Made by a program: the position numbers and the translations under genes | Virus record (IMG/VR): IMGVR_UViG_3300021963_004264 | Coordinates: 9,955-73,954 of that record | Source: a virus | Strand: one strand, 5' to 3' | DNA: 64,000 bases | Notes under the pieces: model-generated | Database searches by the model: none | The model's input: only the letters and a program-made list of their open reading frames with translations | Told to the model about the DNA's origin: nothing | Part shown: positions 18,278-27,710 of the stretch, piece by piece | How the letters are laid out: every line of letters begins with the position of its first letter | How positions within the stretch are numbered: the stretch's first letter is position 1

Positions 18278-20023
18278 ATGACTCGTAATCTAGTATCATT
18301 GGTAGCAATGTCAATACTCCTCGCTTCTTGCGGAGGAGGTGGCAGCGAAACCCCCCCAGTGTTGGTATCATCTCCACAAGTATACACACCAACTACTACT
18401 ACTGCCTTAGACAATCGATATAAGTTTGAACCTTTTGCATATACACTTATGCTACCAACAGGCGAAACTACAGTAAGCTATCGATTGGGTGACTTCAAGT
18501 CATCGGATCAGTTTGCAAAAACATACAAATATAAAATTGAAGATTACGGTTTTTTTGAAGTCTCGGTAAAAGGTCTTAACAACGGTTGTCCTAGAAGTGA
18601 GTGTGGCGAAGAATATGCACCGCCTGGGCCATGGAATCATAGACCATATCAAATTATTGAATCTGATATTAATCGTGACGGCTACAAAGATTTCTATTTG
18701 TTTGAAACTATTCACGGATCTAGGGACCAATCTCCTAATGACTTAGTTCATGCTTTTATTAATGATGGACGAGGTCATTTTCAACTTTCAAATACTACAG
18801 TATTTGCAACAGGTACCGCTTGTACTAGACAAGGTGGTATTGGCCCACAAGCACTAACAGCCAAAAATAAAAACAGCAATTGCGGGTATTCTACCGGCTC
18901 TACAAGACATGCACTTGTTGCAGACTTTAATAATGATGGCATGGATGACATATTTGGTTCTATGACCTTACACCTTAGCGACAAAGGTGTACTACATAAT
19001 AAAACACTAAGCAATATTCCAGATTATTTTCGCAGTAGTCATATGGGTGCGTTGTTTACGCATGACCAGTATGCAGGAGATGCAACCGGTGATAAACATA
19101 TAGACATTTTTATTCCTTCTATCCATACCGCAGAGAAAGGATTTTGGGGTGATGGAACAAAAATCGATGGCTGTAGTGAATGTATTGCTACAGTACCTTG
19201 GTCTTTATTAGTTAATGATGGGACTGGAAAGTTTTCATTAAATCAAAACTTTCCTATTATGGGTGTAGGCAAAGATCATCCGTTAGTAAGACAGTACATG
19301 CCGCATAACGATCCAAATAAGGGTATCCTATGGGGAGGTAATGTGGAAAAAATGTGGGCAACAACTACGGCGATTGCTGATTTTGACAAGGACGGTCATC
19401 CTGATGTTGTAGTAGGTTGGTTCAATCCTAGAGCAACTGAAACTTGGGGATTAGGTAAGAACAGTGCCGGAGCAGTCTACTATAACGATGGTAAAAATGA
19501 TTGGCGTAACCGTCCTATTATGTCATTACCTGCCAGCTTCTATAACAATAATGGTAATGCAAACGATATTGAAGTAATGGATTTTGACGAAGACGGGTGG
19601 ATTGATATTATAGTAGCATCTACTAAACACTCACCCTATTACGAAGGCAGAATACTTCAGTTTTTTAGAAATAATAAAGATGGTACATTTAGCGATGTAA
19701 CTAATACTGTTCATCCGGCTCCTGAAAAGTATGCCAACGGAACAGGTACACCATTGTGGAACGGTGAAGGTCAAATCATCTTACGTGATTTCAACGGTGA
19801 CGGTAGATTAGACATAGTTGATAGTAACACGTATACTTACGTACTGCTTAATAATGGTTATGGAAAATTTACAATGTACGACTCACACAATTTTCCTAGA
19901 GTTACAGGAAGTGACGGTACATATTTTCCTATAAAAATTGATTTAAACTATGGATTTATTGGTTACGGAACTACTTGTGCCGCAGACAAATGCACAACTT
20001 CATATTTTCAAGTTAAACAATAG
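18278..20023 (+). CDS. FG-GAP/VCBS-repeat lipoprotein (beta-propeller)
   Basis: Signal peptide with lipobox LASC-GGGGS; six DxxxDG-type repeats (DINRDG, DFNNDG, DATGDK, DFDKDG, DFDEDG, DFNGDG). Confidence 0.85.
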   Translation: MTRNLVSLVAMSILLASCGGGGSETPPVLVSSPQVYTPTTTTALDNRYKFEPFAYTLMLPTGETTVSYRLGDFKSSDQFAKTYKYKIEDYGFFEVSVKGLNNGCPRSECGEEYAPPGPWNHRPYQIIESDINRDGYKDFYLFETIHGSRDQSPNDLVHAFINDGRGHFQLSNTTVFATGTACTRQGGIGPQALTAKNKNSNCGYSTGSTRHALVADFNNDGMDDIFGSMTLHLSDKGVLHNKTLSNIPDYFRSSHMGALFTHDQYAGDATGDKHIDIFIPSIHTAEKGFWGDGTKIDGCSECIATVPWSLLVNDGTGKFSLNQNFPIMGVGKDHPLVRQYMPHNDPNKGILWGGNVEKMWATTTAIADFDKDGHPDVVVGWFNPRATETWGLGKNSAGAVYYNDGKNDWRNRPIMSLPASFYNNNGNANDIEVMDFDEDGWIDIIVASTKHSPYYEGRILQFFRNNKDGTFSDVTNTVHPAPEKYANGTGTPLWNGEGQIILRDFNGDGRLDIVDSNTYTYVLLNNGYGKFTMYDSHNFPRVTGSDGTYFPIKIDLNYGFIGYGTTCAADKCTTSYFQVKQ

Positions 20024-20025
20024 GT

Positions 20026-20724
20026 TTACTTAAAACCAATTTGCATGAATCTTGTGTACGCAGGTGTTTTCATAATGCCTGCGTACAACCTTTTCTGCAT
20101 TGGGTACTTGGCAAACATTTCTTCAATACTTGTGCAAGTATTAATGTGACCAATGTAGCCTTCGCTGTCGTTGGTTTGCATAGCAATTAATTGACTGCTG
20201 TCAGCAGTATCAAACCAATGTGTGTCCATGTGTTCACAACTGGTATTAATAACAACATCGGGTGTGGTCTGAATAAGTTCACCACCAGTTTCAAATAGCA
20301 TGTTACTGGTACATAATGTACTTGCATCAGCAACAACACCTTTGAACTTCCAACTATCTTGTACATAACGTTGATTGAAACGTTCTGCTAATTCAATTGC
20401 ACCAGCATCAACATCAATGCCGTATACTCGCTTAACATCAGCAATGTTAAACAAAGGCTGTACAATACTGCCTACCCAACAACCTAGCAGTGCAACTGTA
20501 TACTCATGAGTGTATACCATGTTGCGGAATAGTTTTTCTAATAACCAACTCTTGCTTGCCAACTGACCTTTGCTGAATGCATCTCTAGGATAACCACCGT
20601 ATATGGCTCGTTCAAAGTAACTAGGAGGCATAGCAACAAAACTGCTTTCGCTGTCAATGTATGCTTCTACTTTTGCCCAGGTATTAATGTTGATTGTATC
20701 TATTTCGCAGCCACTCATAATCAT
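20026..20724 (-). CDS. Class I SAM-dependent methyltransferase-like protein
   Basis: ALLGCWVG motif I, VYGIDVD acidic motif II, VINTSCEH. Confidence 0.7.
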   Translation of the reverse strand: MIMSGCEIDTININTWAKVEAYIDSESSFVAMPPSYFERAIYGGYPRDAFSKGQLASKSWLLEKLFRNMVYTHEYTVALLGCWVGSIVQPLFNIADVKRVYGIDVDAGAIELAERFNQRYVQDSWKFKGVVADASTLCTSNMLFETGGELIQTTPDVVINTSCEHMDTHWFDTADSSQLIAMQTNDSEGYIGHINTCTSIEEMFAKYPMQKRLYAGIMKTPAYTRFMQIGFK

Positions 20725-23700
20725 TTATCCTTGCTAATGCTTCTACATCATTGCGGTTAGCTTGTGCATATGCACGACCTTCTTCGGCACCACGCTTTGC
20801 TTCTTTGCTAAAGTCTGCGTCTTGTACAGGATGCAACCAACCTTCTAATCTTTCTCGACTATCAGCATCATCCTTTAGTGCTAACTTAACACACTCACGG
20901 AATGCGCTACGCCATGTGCTATACTCATCGCTGTTAAACTTTGTTACACAACTCACTTCAGGCATTGCTTTGAACCTAGTACTTAGTCCTGTTGTAAAGT
21001 CTAGTCCCCAGCTTGTGGCATTGATTACTTGTTCACGATTGAATAGCTTAACACCACCGTATCCATATTCTTGCCCAGTTACTGGGTTACGGCTTGCCCA
21101 AACGTGTACTACTTCTTGGTCATATACATCGGGTATATACCCAAAATCGAATGTATCCAAAATTTCTGCATCGGCGTCTACTACCCAAAACATCTTGCTT
21201 TTAACGCTTCTAGCAGCCTCTTTGTGTGCATTAAATATTCCTGCTATATCTTTGACCCAGGTAGCGTTAAAACGTGCTGTAAGACGCTTATATGCGCTTG
21301 TAGCACCCTGTTCTTTGTATGATAAGAACACAATATCGTAAGGTTGATAGGTACTACCCAATTCTTTAACATATTGGATATCCTTTAGCTTATTTAATCG
21401 GATACTATCTGTGGTTAATTGGGAATAGTCTTTTTGGGTAGGCCATAATCGGAGACCACCATAACTATGAACCTTTTGGGTATGAGGATTCTGTCTTTGC
21501 CAAACATGTATTTTATTAATGCTCAAAATGTCTGGTAGGTAGCCTGCGTCCAATACACTTTGTTCAACACTAACATCAGGATCAATAGTCCACAGGAAAG
21601 GAACTTCCTGATTAGCAAATTCCTGTAGAGCAGTAACCAACTCTGATTTTGTAACATCTTTTAGATGTACCACTGGCCACTGAGGACGCAGACTACCAAC
21701 AGTATTTATTTGTTTTAGATTACTAAAGCTGTTGTTAGCTACATCTTTATCTGTAAGTGTGGTCGAGAATGTACCTTTAGGATACAATCTAATGTTTCTA
21801 TACTTACCATCTTCGTCTGCAAAAACGTGTACGTTCTTTTCGTCCCATTGTGTAGGATAATAATCAAACTTAAAATCGGGATGCACTCTAGTGAAAGGAT
21901 CCACAACCCAATACATAGAATTCTCTACAGTACTGTCTATGTGTGTAAGTTGTTCAATAATATCGAGCTGTGGATCCAGTTTTAAAATAGGAAATTCTTT
22001 TTGTGTACATGCAGGTTCTCGAATGTACTTAGGTCTTCCTTTAGCTTGTGGTACTTTAGGACATAGCATAACGCCAGAATAATCATATTGACGACCTGTA
22101 ACAGGATTTAATTTTTGCCAGACATGTGTTTTTCCTTCATCCCACGTTTCAGGAATAAAGTCAAAGTCAAAATTTTCTAGTACAGTAACGTTAGGATCTA
22201 TGACCCAAAACCAGTTATTAGTAGATTTTTCTCGGCCCAATTCTTCACTATTAAATTTTTCAAATTCTAAATCTTTAAAAGGGCTAATAAAATGTATCAC
22301 AAGTTCAACATTGTTCCACGTTTTAGGAACCCAACGAATACCACCCATGCTTTCAGGATACTTGTGTTTTAGTTGTTCACCTAAATGAAAGCTGTGTATC
22401 ATATTGCGTTGAAAATCAGGTGGCACCCAAGATACTTCTCTAGCTAATTTATATTCTTTGTCGATAAGCCAACAGTCTTGTGTTACTACTCTATAATCAT
22501 TTGGATCTTCTACATAAAGAATAGGGTACTGCTTGTTTCCTGTAGGAGAAGACGAAATGTATTTTGCGTCGTCTTTATTATATTTAACAGGAACTAGTTT
22601 AGCACCGCCGCAACGATTATCGCTAACATTAGTAACACTTAAAGGATACTTATGTTGTAATTGATCTGGTATTTTAAAAATATGAATATACTTTTGATCG
22701 TACTTGTGTGGGACATAGTTGAATACATCATTTAACTCGTGCTCACTGTCAACAAGCCAAAACATTTTAGTTCTACTTTTTCTAGCATAAGTTTCATAAT
22801 TGTTTATATCGGTTGAATAAAAAATATCATAACGAACAGGTACAATTCCTAATTGATATTTGTGTTTAGTCATATCAAATTTCTTATGTACAAGTCGTAC
22901 ACCGCCACAGCGAATATCCCAAGGTTCATTTACTGATTCAGGATAACGTTCGTCTAAATGTCCAGGTATTTTAAACACATGTATATATTCAACTTCGTGT
23001 GTCGCAGGCACATAATAGAGCTTACCGTTAAATGTAAAATCTCTGTCTACTATCCAAAACCAATCAGTTTTACTGCGTTCTGCATATTCATTATATGTTT
23101 CTACATTGAATTCGTCGCTGTCTATAAAGAATATATCATATTCTTTATCAGCAATAGGACAAGCAGGATGTATTTTTAGTTCAGCATTTTGCCAACACTT
23201 AGGTACTAATCTTATACCACCCATCGCTTGAGGATATTTTTCTGTGAGCTGATAAGGCATACGGAAGCAGTGTATGTAATCTTGTTCGAAAGGATTAGGG
23301 ACCCAGTCTAATGTACTTGTGTCGATGCTATGATCATTATCTATAAGCCAAACATAATCATCTTTAAATTTATCACGCTGTGCATAGTTGTTTACATCAG
23401 TTACATATAATACAGGATACTCTAATCCTGCATCTAGGAAGCTATGATATTTTATTTGTGCGCTAGCCCAATTATTAGGATATAGCTTGATACCGCCTTC
23501 TCGCTCAGGATACTTATGTTCTAACTGTCCGCGTAAATGAAAGCTATGAATAAAAGTAGGCTCAAAATTATCTGGAGCCCAGTCAATATCATTGTTTAAC
23601 TTATATTCAGGATCTACACACCACACATGACTAGCATATGGATGAACATCAAAATAATCTTCTGGTGTTGTTGTATATACTATATCAAATGCTTTACGGC

Positions 23701-23983
23701 ATACAATATGATTAACTTGTTTTGTTCCGAGCGGTGTAGTGCGAGGTAATAATTTTACACCGCCATAATTGTTACTGTTCCATTTCCAAATGTGTTCATA
23801 TACTTGGTCATGGTCTGGTGGTCTAAATTCAAATACTTGTGTATCAACAACTTCAATGTTTGGTTCAACAACCCAATACATTTTTGTTTTGGATGAAATT
23901 TGTTCGTAAGATTCTACTTGCTTTGCAAAAGGCAAAACATCTTTTAGTTTTTTATTTTCACCTATGTAGAATATATCAAACAC
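20684..23983 (-). CDS. Tandem-repeat glycosyltransferase-like protein (about 10 GT-A-like modules)
   Basis: Repeat Y(D/P)I.Y...FW.VD...P...H.F...GG.RL.PK ten times; the last module has WVVDAD and WRSAFREC like 43130..44125. Confidence 0.7.
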   Translation of the reverse strand: MFDIFYIGENKKLKDVLPFAKQVESYEQISSKTKMYWVVEPNIEVVDTQVFEFRPPDHDQVYEHIWKWNSNNYGGVKLLPRTTPLGTKQVNHIVCRKAFDIVYTTTPEDYFDVHPYASHVWCVDPEYKLNNDIDWAPDNFEPTFIHSFHLRGQLEHKYPEREGGIKLYPNNWASAQIKYHSFLDAGLEYPVLYVTDVNNYAQRDKFKDDYVWLIDNDHSIDTSTLDWVPNPFEQDYIHCFRMPYQLTEKYPQAMGGIRLVPKCWQNAELKIHPACPIADKEYDIFFIDSDEFNVETYNEYAERSKTDWFWIVDRDFTFNGKLYYVPATHEVEYIHVFKIPGHLDERYPESVNEPWDIRCGGVRLVHKKFDMTKHKYQLGIVPVRYDIFYSTDINNYETYARKSRTKMFWLVDSEHELNDVFNYVPHKYDQKYIHIFKIPDQLQHKYPLSVTNVSDNRCGGAKLVPVKYNKDDAKYISSSPTGNKQYPILYVEDPNDYRVVTQDCWLIDKEYKLAREVSWVPPDFQRNMIHSFHLGEQLKHKYPESMGGIRWVPKTWNNVELVIHFISPFKDLEFEKFNSEELGREKSTNNWFWVIDPNVTVLENFDFDFIPETWDEGKTHVWQKLNPVTGRQYDYSGVMLCPKVPQAKGRPKYIREPACTQKEFPILKLDPQLDIIEQLTHIDSTVENSMYWVVDPFTRVHPDFKFDYYPTQWDEKNVHVFADEDGKYRNIRLYPKGTFSTTLTDKDVANNSFSNLKQINTVGSLRPQWPVVHLKDVTKSELVTALQEFANQEVPFLWTIDPDVSVEQSVLDAGYLPDILSINKIHVWQRQNPHTQKVHSYGGLRLWPTQKDYSQLTTDSIRLNKLKDIQYVKELGSTYQPYDIVFLSYKEQGATSAYKRLTARFNATWVKDIAGIFNAHKEAARSVKSKMFWVVDADAEILDTFDFGYIPDVYDQEVVHVWASRNPVTGQEYGYGGVKLFNREQVINATSWGLDFTTGLSTRFKAMPEVSCVTKFNSDEYSTWRSAFRECVKLALKDDADSRERLEGWLHPVQDADFSKEAKRGAEEGRAYAQANRNDVEALARINDYEWLRNRYNQH

Positions 23984-23984
23984 T

Positions 23985-24152
23985 TTATTTTTTCTCTGTT
24001 TTTTTAATCTGTTGTGATTTTAATTTGTTTAGCGCACTAAGTACAGTTCTCCAAGGATGCTGACTACAATCTTTAGTATGCTTAGGTAAAAGTTCTTTAC
24101 ATTCTACGCATCGGCCTTCTAAAATAAGTTGTGCCTTATCAATCTTGTCCAT
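23985..24152 (-). CDS. 55-aa Cys/His protein absent from the ORF track
   Basis: Hand translation MDKIDKAQLILEGRCVECKELLPKHTKDCSQHPWRTVLSALNKLKSQQIKKTEKK; fills the gap between flanking genes. Confidence 0.6.
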   Translation of the reverse strand: MDKIDKAQLILEGRCVECKELLPKHTKDCSQHPWRTVLSALNKLKSQQIKKTEKK

Positions 24153-25662
24153 CACTTGTATGAACCTTTACTCCATAGTATTTTTCAAATTCTTTAGCAT
24201 CGTTTTCATCGTTAACAATTGGCTGACCTTTAATATTTAAGCTAGTATTAACTAACATAGGACAGCCTGTCTTTTTATGAAATGCCTTAAGTAATTTATA
24301 AAGTCCAGGATGCTGATTTTTGTTTACTGTTTGTACACGACTAGTGCCATCAGCATGTATAATTGCAGGAAACTCTTCTGGCTTTTTACACTTAGCAACA
24401 AATTGCATATAAGGACTTGTTAATCCGTTAACAGGCATTTCAAAATATTCGTCGCAATGTTCTTCTAAAATAACGGGAGCAAATGGGCGAAACTTTTGAC
24501 GCTTTTTAATTGCGTTCATCTTGTTTTTAATGTCACCTCCTCGTGGATCAGCTAGCAGACTCCGGTTCCCGAGTGCTCGAGGACCATACTCAGCTCGCCC
24601 ATTTGCTATCCCAAAGATCTCACCACGCTCTAATGATTGTAGTGCTTTCTTTACAGGGTAGGCACCAGGGATATTAAACCCTAGATATGGACCCTGCCAT
24701 TCTACTCTTTTAGAGGTTAAGTTATAGTAATGTAGTGCGGCAGCGCCTAAGCTACTGCCAGCATCACCGGGGTTAGGCATAATATGTACATTATCATATA
24801 ACTTGAATAAGTGTCTGTTTGCAACACAGTTGAGAGCGACTCCGCCCATAAAAACTAAATTTTTGCTGCCGGTTATTTGTTGTGCCTTTAGTGCATATTG
24901 AAAAATTCGTTGTTCTACAATAGATTGAGCACTGGCAGCAATATCGTAATCAGTTTGATAGTGACCTGATTCGTCTTTGTCGCCTGTACGAATAATAAAG
25001 TCTTTCTCAAAGCCACGTTGTAGATTAACTTTCATTGCTATAGGATTAGAAGATTTTTTAAAAAGTTCTTCTTCCATATATTTTTTAAACATAGGTTCGC
25101 CGTATGCCGACATACCCATAAGAATATATTCATCTTCGTTGGGTTTTAATCCTACAAGATGTGTTGCCGCACTGTAAAATAGACCTAAGCTGCTCGGAAA
25201 CCATGTGCTATGTTTCTTTTTTAGTTTACCTGATTCCCAATGCCAAATACTTGATGTATCAAACTCGCCGATAGCATCTAGAACAATAACAGCACATTCG
25301 TTAAAGTCGCTGGTAAGCACGCCGGCTGCGGCATGCGTTTCGTGATGCATGTATTGTTTAGAGGGAATGTTACTTAGTTCAGGATAAAAGTTTGCAACCC
25401 AGCCCTGCTGAGTAGGTTCTTTAACTGCACTCCAGTTACCTGCTCGCATTAAACGAAGTTGTTTTAATGTTGCATTTTCATGATAAACAACGTAGTCGGG
25501 CTTGCCATATGTAAGAGCTTCAGCCACAAGTTTACGATTTAAGAATCTATCGTTTTTAATTTTGCTGTAACGTTCTGCGTGTGCGGCAAAAACTATCTTA
25601 CCGTCATCTACTACAGTAACGCTAGCATCATGAAACATACTGCTGATGCCAAGAATTCTCAT
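24139..25662 (-). CDS. O-carbamoyltransferase (NodU/CmcH/TobZ family)
   Basis: HDAS, HHETHAA, DAIGE, SLGLFY, GGVALNCVAN, PGDAG, EYGPRALGNRS, FRPFAP, DGTSRVQTV, NTSLN. Confidence 0.95.
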   Translation of the reverse strand: MRILGISSMFHDASVTVVDDGKIVFAAHAERYSKIKNDRFLNRKLVAEALTYGKPDYVVYHENATLKQLRLMRAGNWSAVKEPTQQGWVANFYPELSNIPSKQYMHHETHAAAGVLTSDFNECAVIVLDAIGEFDTSSIWHWESGKLKKKHSTWFPSSLGLFYSAATHLVGLKPNEDEYILMGMSAYGEPMFKKYMEEELFKKSSNPIAMKVNLQRGFEKDFIIRTGDKDESGHYQTDYDIAASAQSIVEQRIFQYALKAQQITGSKNLVFMGGVALNCVANRHLFKLYDNVHIMPNPGDAGSSLGAAALHYYNLTSKRVEWQGPYLGFNIPGAYPVKKALQSLERGEIFGIANGRAEYGPRALGNRSLLADPRGGDIKNKMNAIKKRQKFRPFAPVILEEHCDEYFEMPVNGLTSPYMQFVAKCKKPEEFPAIIHADGTSRVQTVNKNQHPGLYKLLKAFHKKTGCPMLVNTSLNIKGQPIVNDENDAKEFEKYYGVKVHTSDGQD

Positions 25663-25665
25663 ATC

Positions 25666-25809
25666 TTACCTGTAAATGAAAGGATCCATTTTGCGAAGTT
25701 CTTCTAACTTCTTTTTTAACTGCTCCTCTTCTTCAGCAGTTAGCTCTAACTCAGGAGCGTCTTTTTCGTTTTGCTCTTTTTTATTTTCTTGATCTAATGG
25801 CTTGTTCAT
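25666..25809 (-). CDS. 47-aa acidic peptide ending DPFIYR
   Basis: AGAGGA RBS before ATG 25809; stop 3 bp before the carbamoyltransferase start. Confidence 0.65.
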   Translation of the reverse strand: MNKPLDQENKKEQNEKDAPELELTAEEEEQLKKKLEELRKMDPFIYR

Positions 25810-26422
25810 ATAATTCCTCTGCGATTGAATTGTGTACCTGCTCATTACCATGATGTAGTTCGCTGTAATGATCAGGCATCAGTTCTTCGTAATCCTCAAA
25901 TATAGCATTGAACGGCTTATAATACTTATCGTTGAATAATTCATTAAATGCTGGATGCTGGACATCTTCATAAAATTTATTCCATGCATTAAAAAACAAA
26001 TAGTCTATACCCTTGTTTTCAAGGAACGATTTTAATGCAAGTTGATTGATCAGCGTTCTTTCTAGTCCTAATGTGTTCCAATTACAACAATAAAGACTCA
26101 TAAAATCAAATAATTTTTGAAGCTGTTCTTTATTGTTAATGTTATCAGGTACTTGTCTACCCAGTCCAAAATGATGCCATTCTTCGTTAAAAATAACTTC
26201 TTGTCTTTCGTATGTAGTCCAGCCAATAACAACAAAATCAACAGGATTATTTAAACAATAGTTAATTGTTGTTCTTAGAATACGGTCGTTGCCGCCGCCG
26301 GGCATAGCTAAGTTAACAGATTTCATGCCTAGTTTTTCTGCAAGCGGTTGAACAAAACTTATAGACGATTCAGATCCTGCAACATGACTACAACCGTTAG
26401 CAAGCAATACTTTATTTGTCAT
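25781..26422 (-). CDS. SGNH/GDSL-like protein (GCS variant)
   Basis: ANGCSH, NLAMPGGGNDRI, IGWT...R, HHGNEQVH. Confidence 0.6.
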   Translation of the reverse strand: MTNKVLLANGCSHVAGSESSISFVQPLAEKLGMKSVNLAMPGGGNDRILRTTINYCLNNPVDFVVIGWTTYERQEVIFNEEWHHFGLGRQVPDNINNKEQLQKLFDFMSLYCCNWNTLGLERTLINQLALKSFLENKGIDYLFFNAWNKFYEDVQHPAFNELFNDKYYKPFNAIFEDYEELMPDHYSELHHGNEQVHNSIAEELYEQAIRSRK

Positions 26423-27710
26423 ACATTAAATTCCACAGCTCAGGAATGGCATTGCTCATACTTTCATTACGCTGTCGATCAAGCAGGCTGGTATACTTCT
26501 TAAAAATAGCTAACTGTTTTTCCCAATCATCGTGACGATTTTCTTTAAGTGCTTTAATAAGAGCATTGATAGCTTGTAGATTATTTTCTCGTTTAACTAA
26601 AATTTTACTTGTAGGAATCCATGCTTCTAATCGTTCTACTGCTACTGCACGGACACTATCAGGTAAATTTCTAAAATCTAAACTGCGAGGATAGTCACAA
26701 ATTAAAAATGTTAAATGTATTTCTCTGTTATACTCTTGCTCTAATGTTTCACAATAGTCTAGTAATTTGGTTATGTCTAAGATGTTATATATTTGAATAA
26801 CAGGACTAAACAGTAGGCTACCTACTACTTTACTAGCACAGTAGCGACGAACGTTTTCGTCTGTTTGTGTCCAGTGGCTAGCACCACGAATATATTCGTT
26901 TAATTCTCCATATGCATCTACACTAAAGCACATCAACACTTTCTTAAATTGCTCTACAAGATTAATAAAGCGAGGCTTAATATTAGTCATATTGCTATTA
27001 AAAACTAATTCAATATTTTTAGCAATACCTAGTTCAACGCATTTTTCTAAGATCCAGTATGTACGTTCAATTAGCGTAGGTTCGCCTCCAGTGAAATATA
27101 ACTTATTAACACCCGGTAGCCATTCTTCGACCTGACGCAAAAATTCAGGATCATCTTGCCAAGGAGTAATGTGATCAGCAAATTGACCCCAAGTAAAATG
27201 ATCTTTAATAAACTGTCCCGACATAGGATCAATTTCTTCGATACGTTTGTATTCTTTTTGTATCTGACTACTGTTTTGTGGTTGACACATACGGCACTTT
27301 AGGTTACATAAGTTACCTAAACGGAAGTCCAAATACATTGGTGCTTCCTCTACTACATAGTCGTTGTCAATACTGCGCTCAATGCGTTGCATAATGCTTT
27401 CGCCGTGTCCACTGTATTCAAACCAGTCTCGAATATAGTTAGTGCGATAGCTAGGGAAGCCCATCTTTTCTAAATCGTAGCAATGTTCGCAACCCTTAAC
27501 TGTTTCGCCTTCAATCATTTGTTTGCGTATCTTACGCATGTGATTATTGTTCCACACACTTTCAATACGATCACCTTTGTTAAGGTCGAACATAGTACCG
27601 TCGTCGTTTTTAAAGTTGTCGCGAGCAACACAGCACCAGCTTACTGTTCCAGTAGGCTGAGTCATTACATGTATCCATGGATAAGGACAAAATGTTTTAC
27701 TATATTCCAT
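26412..27710 (-). CDS. N-terminal Twitch-domain radical SAM protein
   Basis: CPYPW..CC..CEHC, then CNLKCRMC, FTGGEP. Confidence 0.9.
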   Translation of the reverse strand: MEYSKTFCPYPWIHVMTQPTGTVSWCCVARDNFKNDDGTMFDLNKGDRIESVWNNNHMRKIRKQMIEGETVKGCEHCYDLEKMGFPSYRTNYIRDWFEYSGHGESIMQRIERSIDNDYVVEEAPMYLDFRLGNLCNLKCRMCQPQNSSQIQKEYKRIEEIDPMSGQFIKDHFTWGQFADHITPWQDDPEFLRQVEEWLPGVNKLYFTGGEPTLIERTYWILEKCVELGIAKNIELVFNSNMTNIKPRFINLVEQFKKVLMCFSVDAYGELNEYIRGASHWTQTDENVRRYCASKVVGSLLFSPVIQIYNILDITKLLDYCETLEQEYNREIHLTFLICDYPRSLDFRNLPDSVRAVAVERLEAWIPTSKILVKRENNLQAINALIKALKENRHDDWEKQLAIFKKYTSLLDRQRNESMSNAIPELWNLMYDK

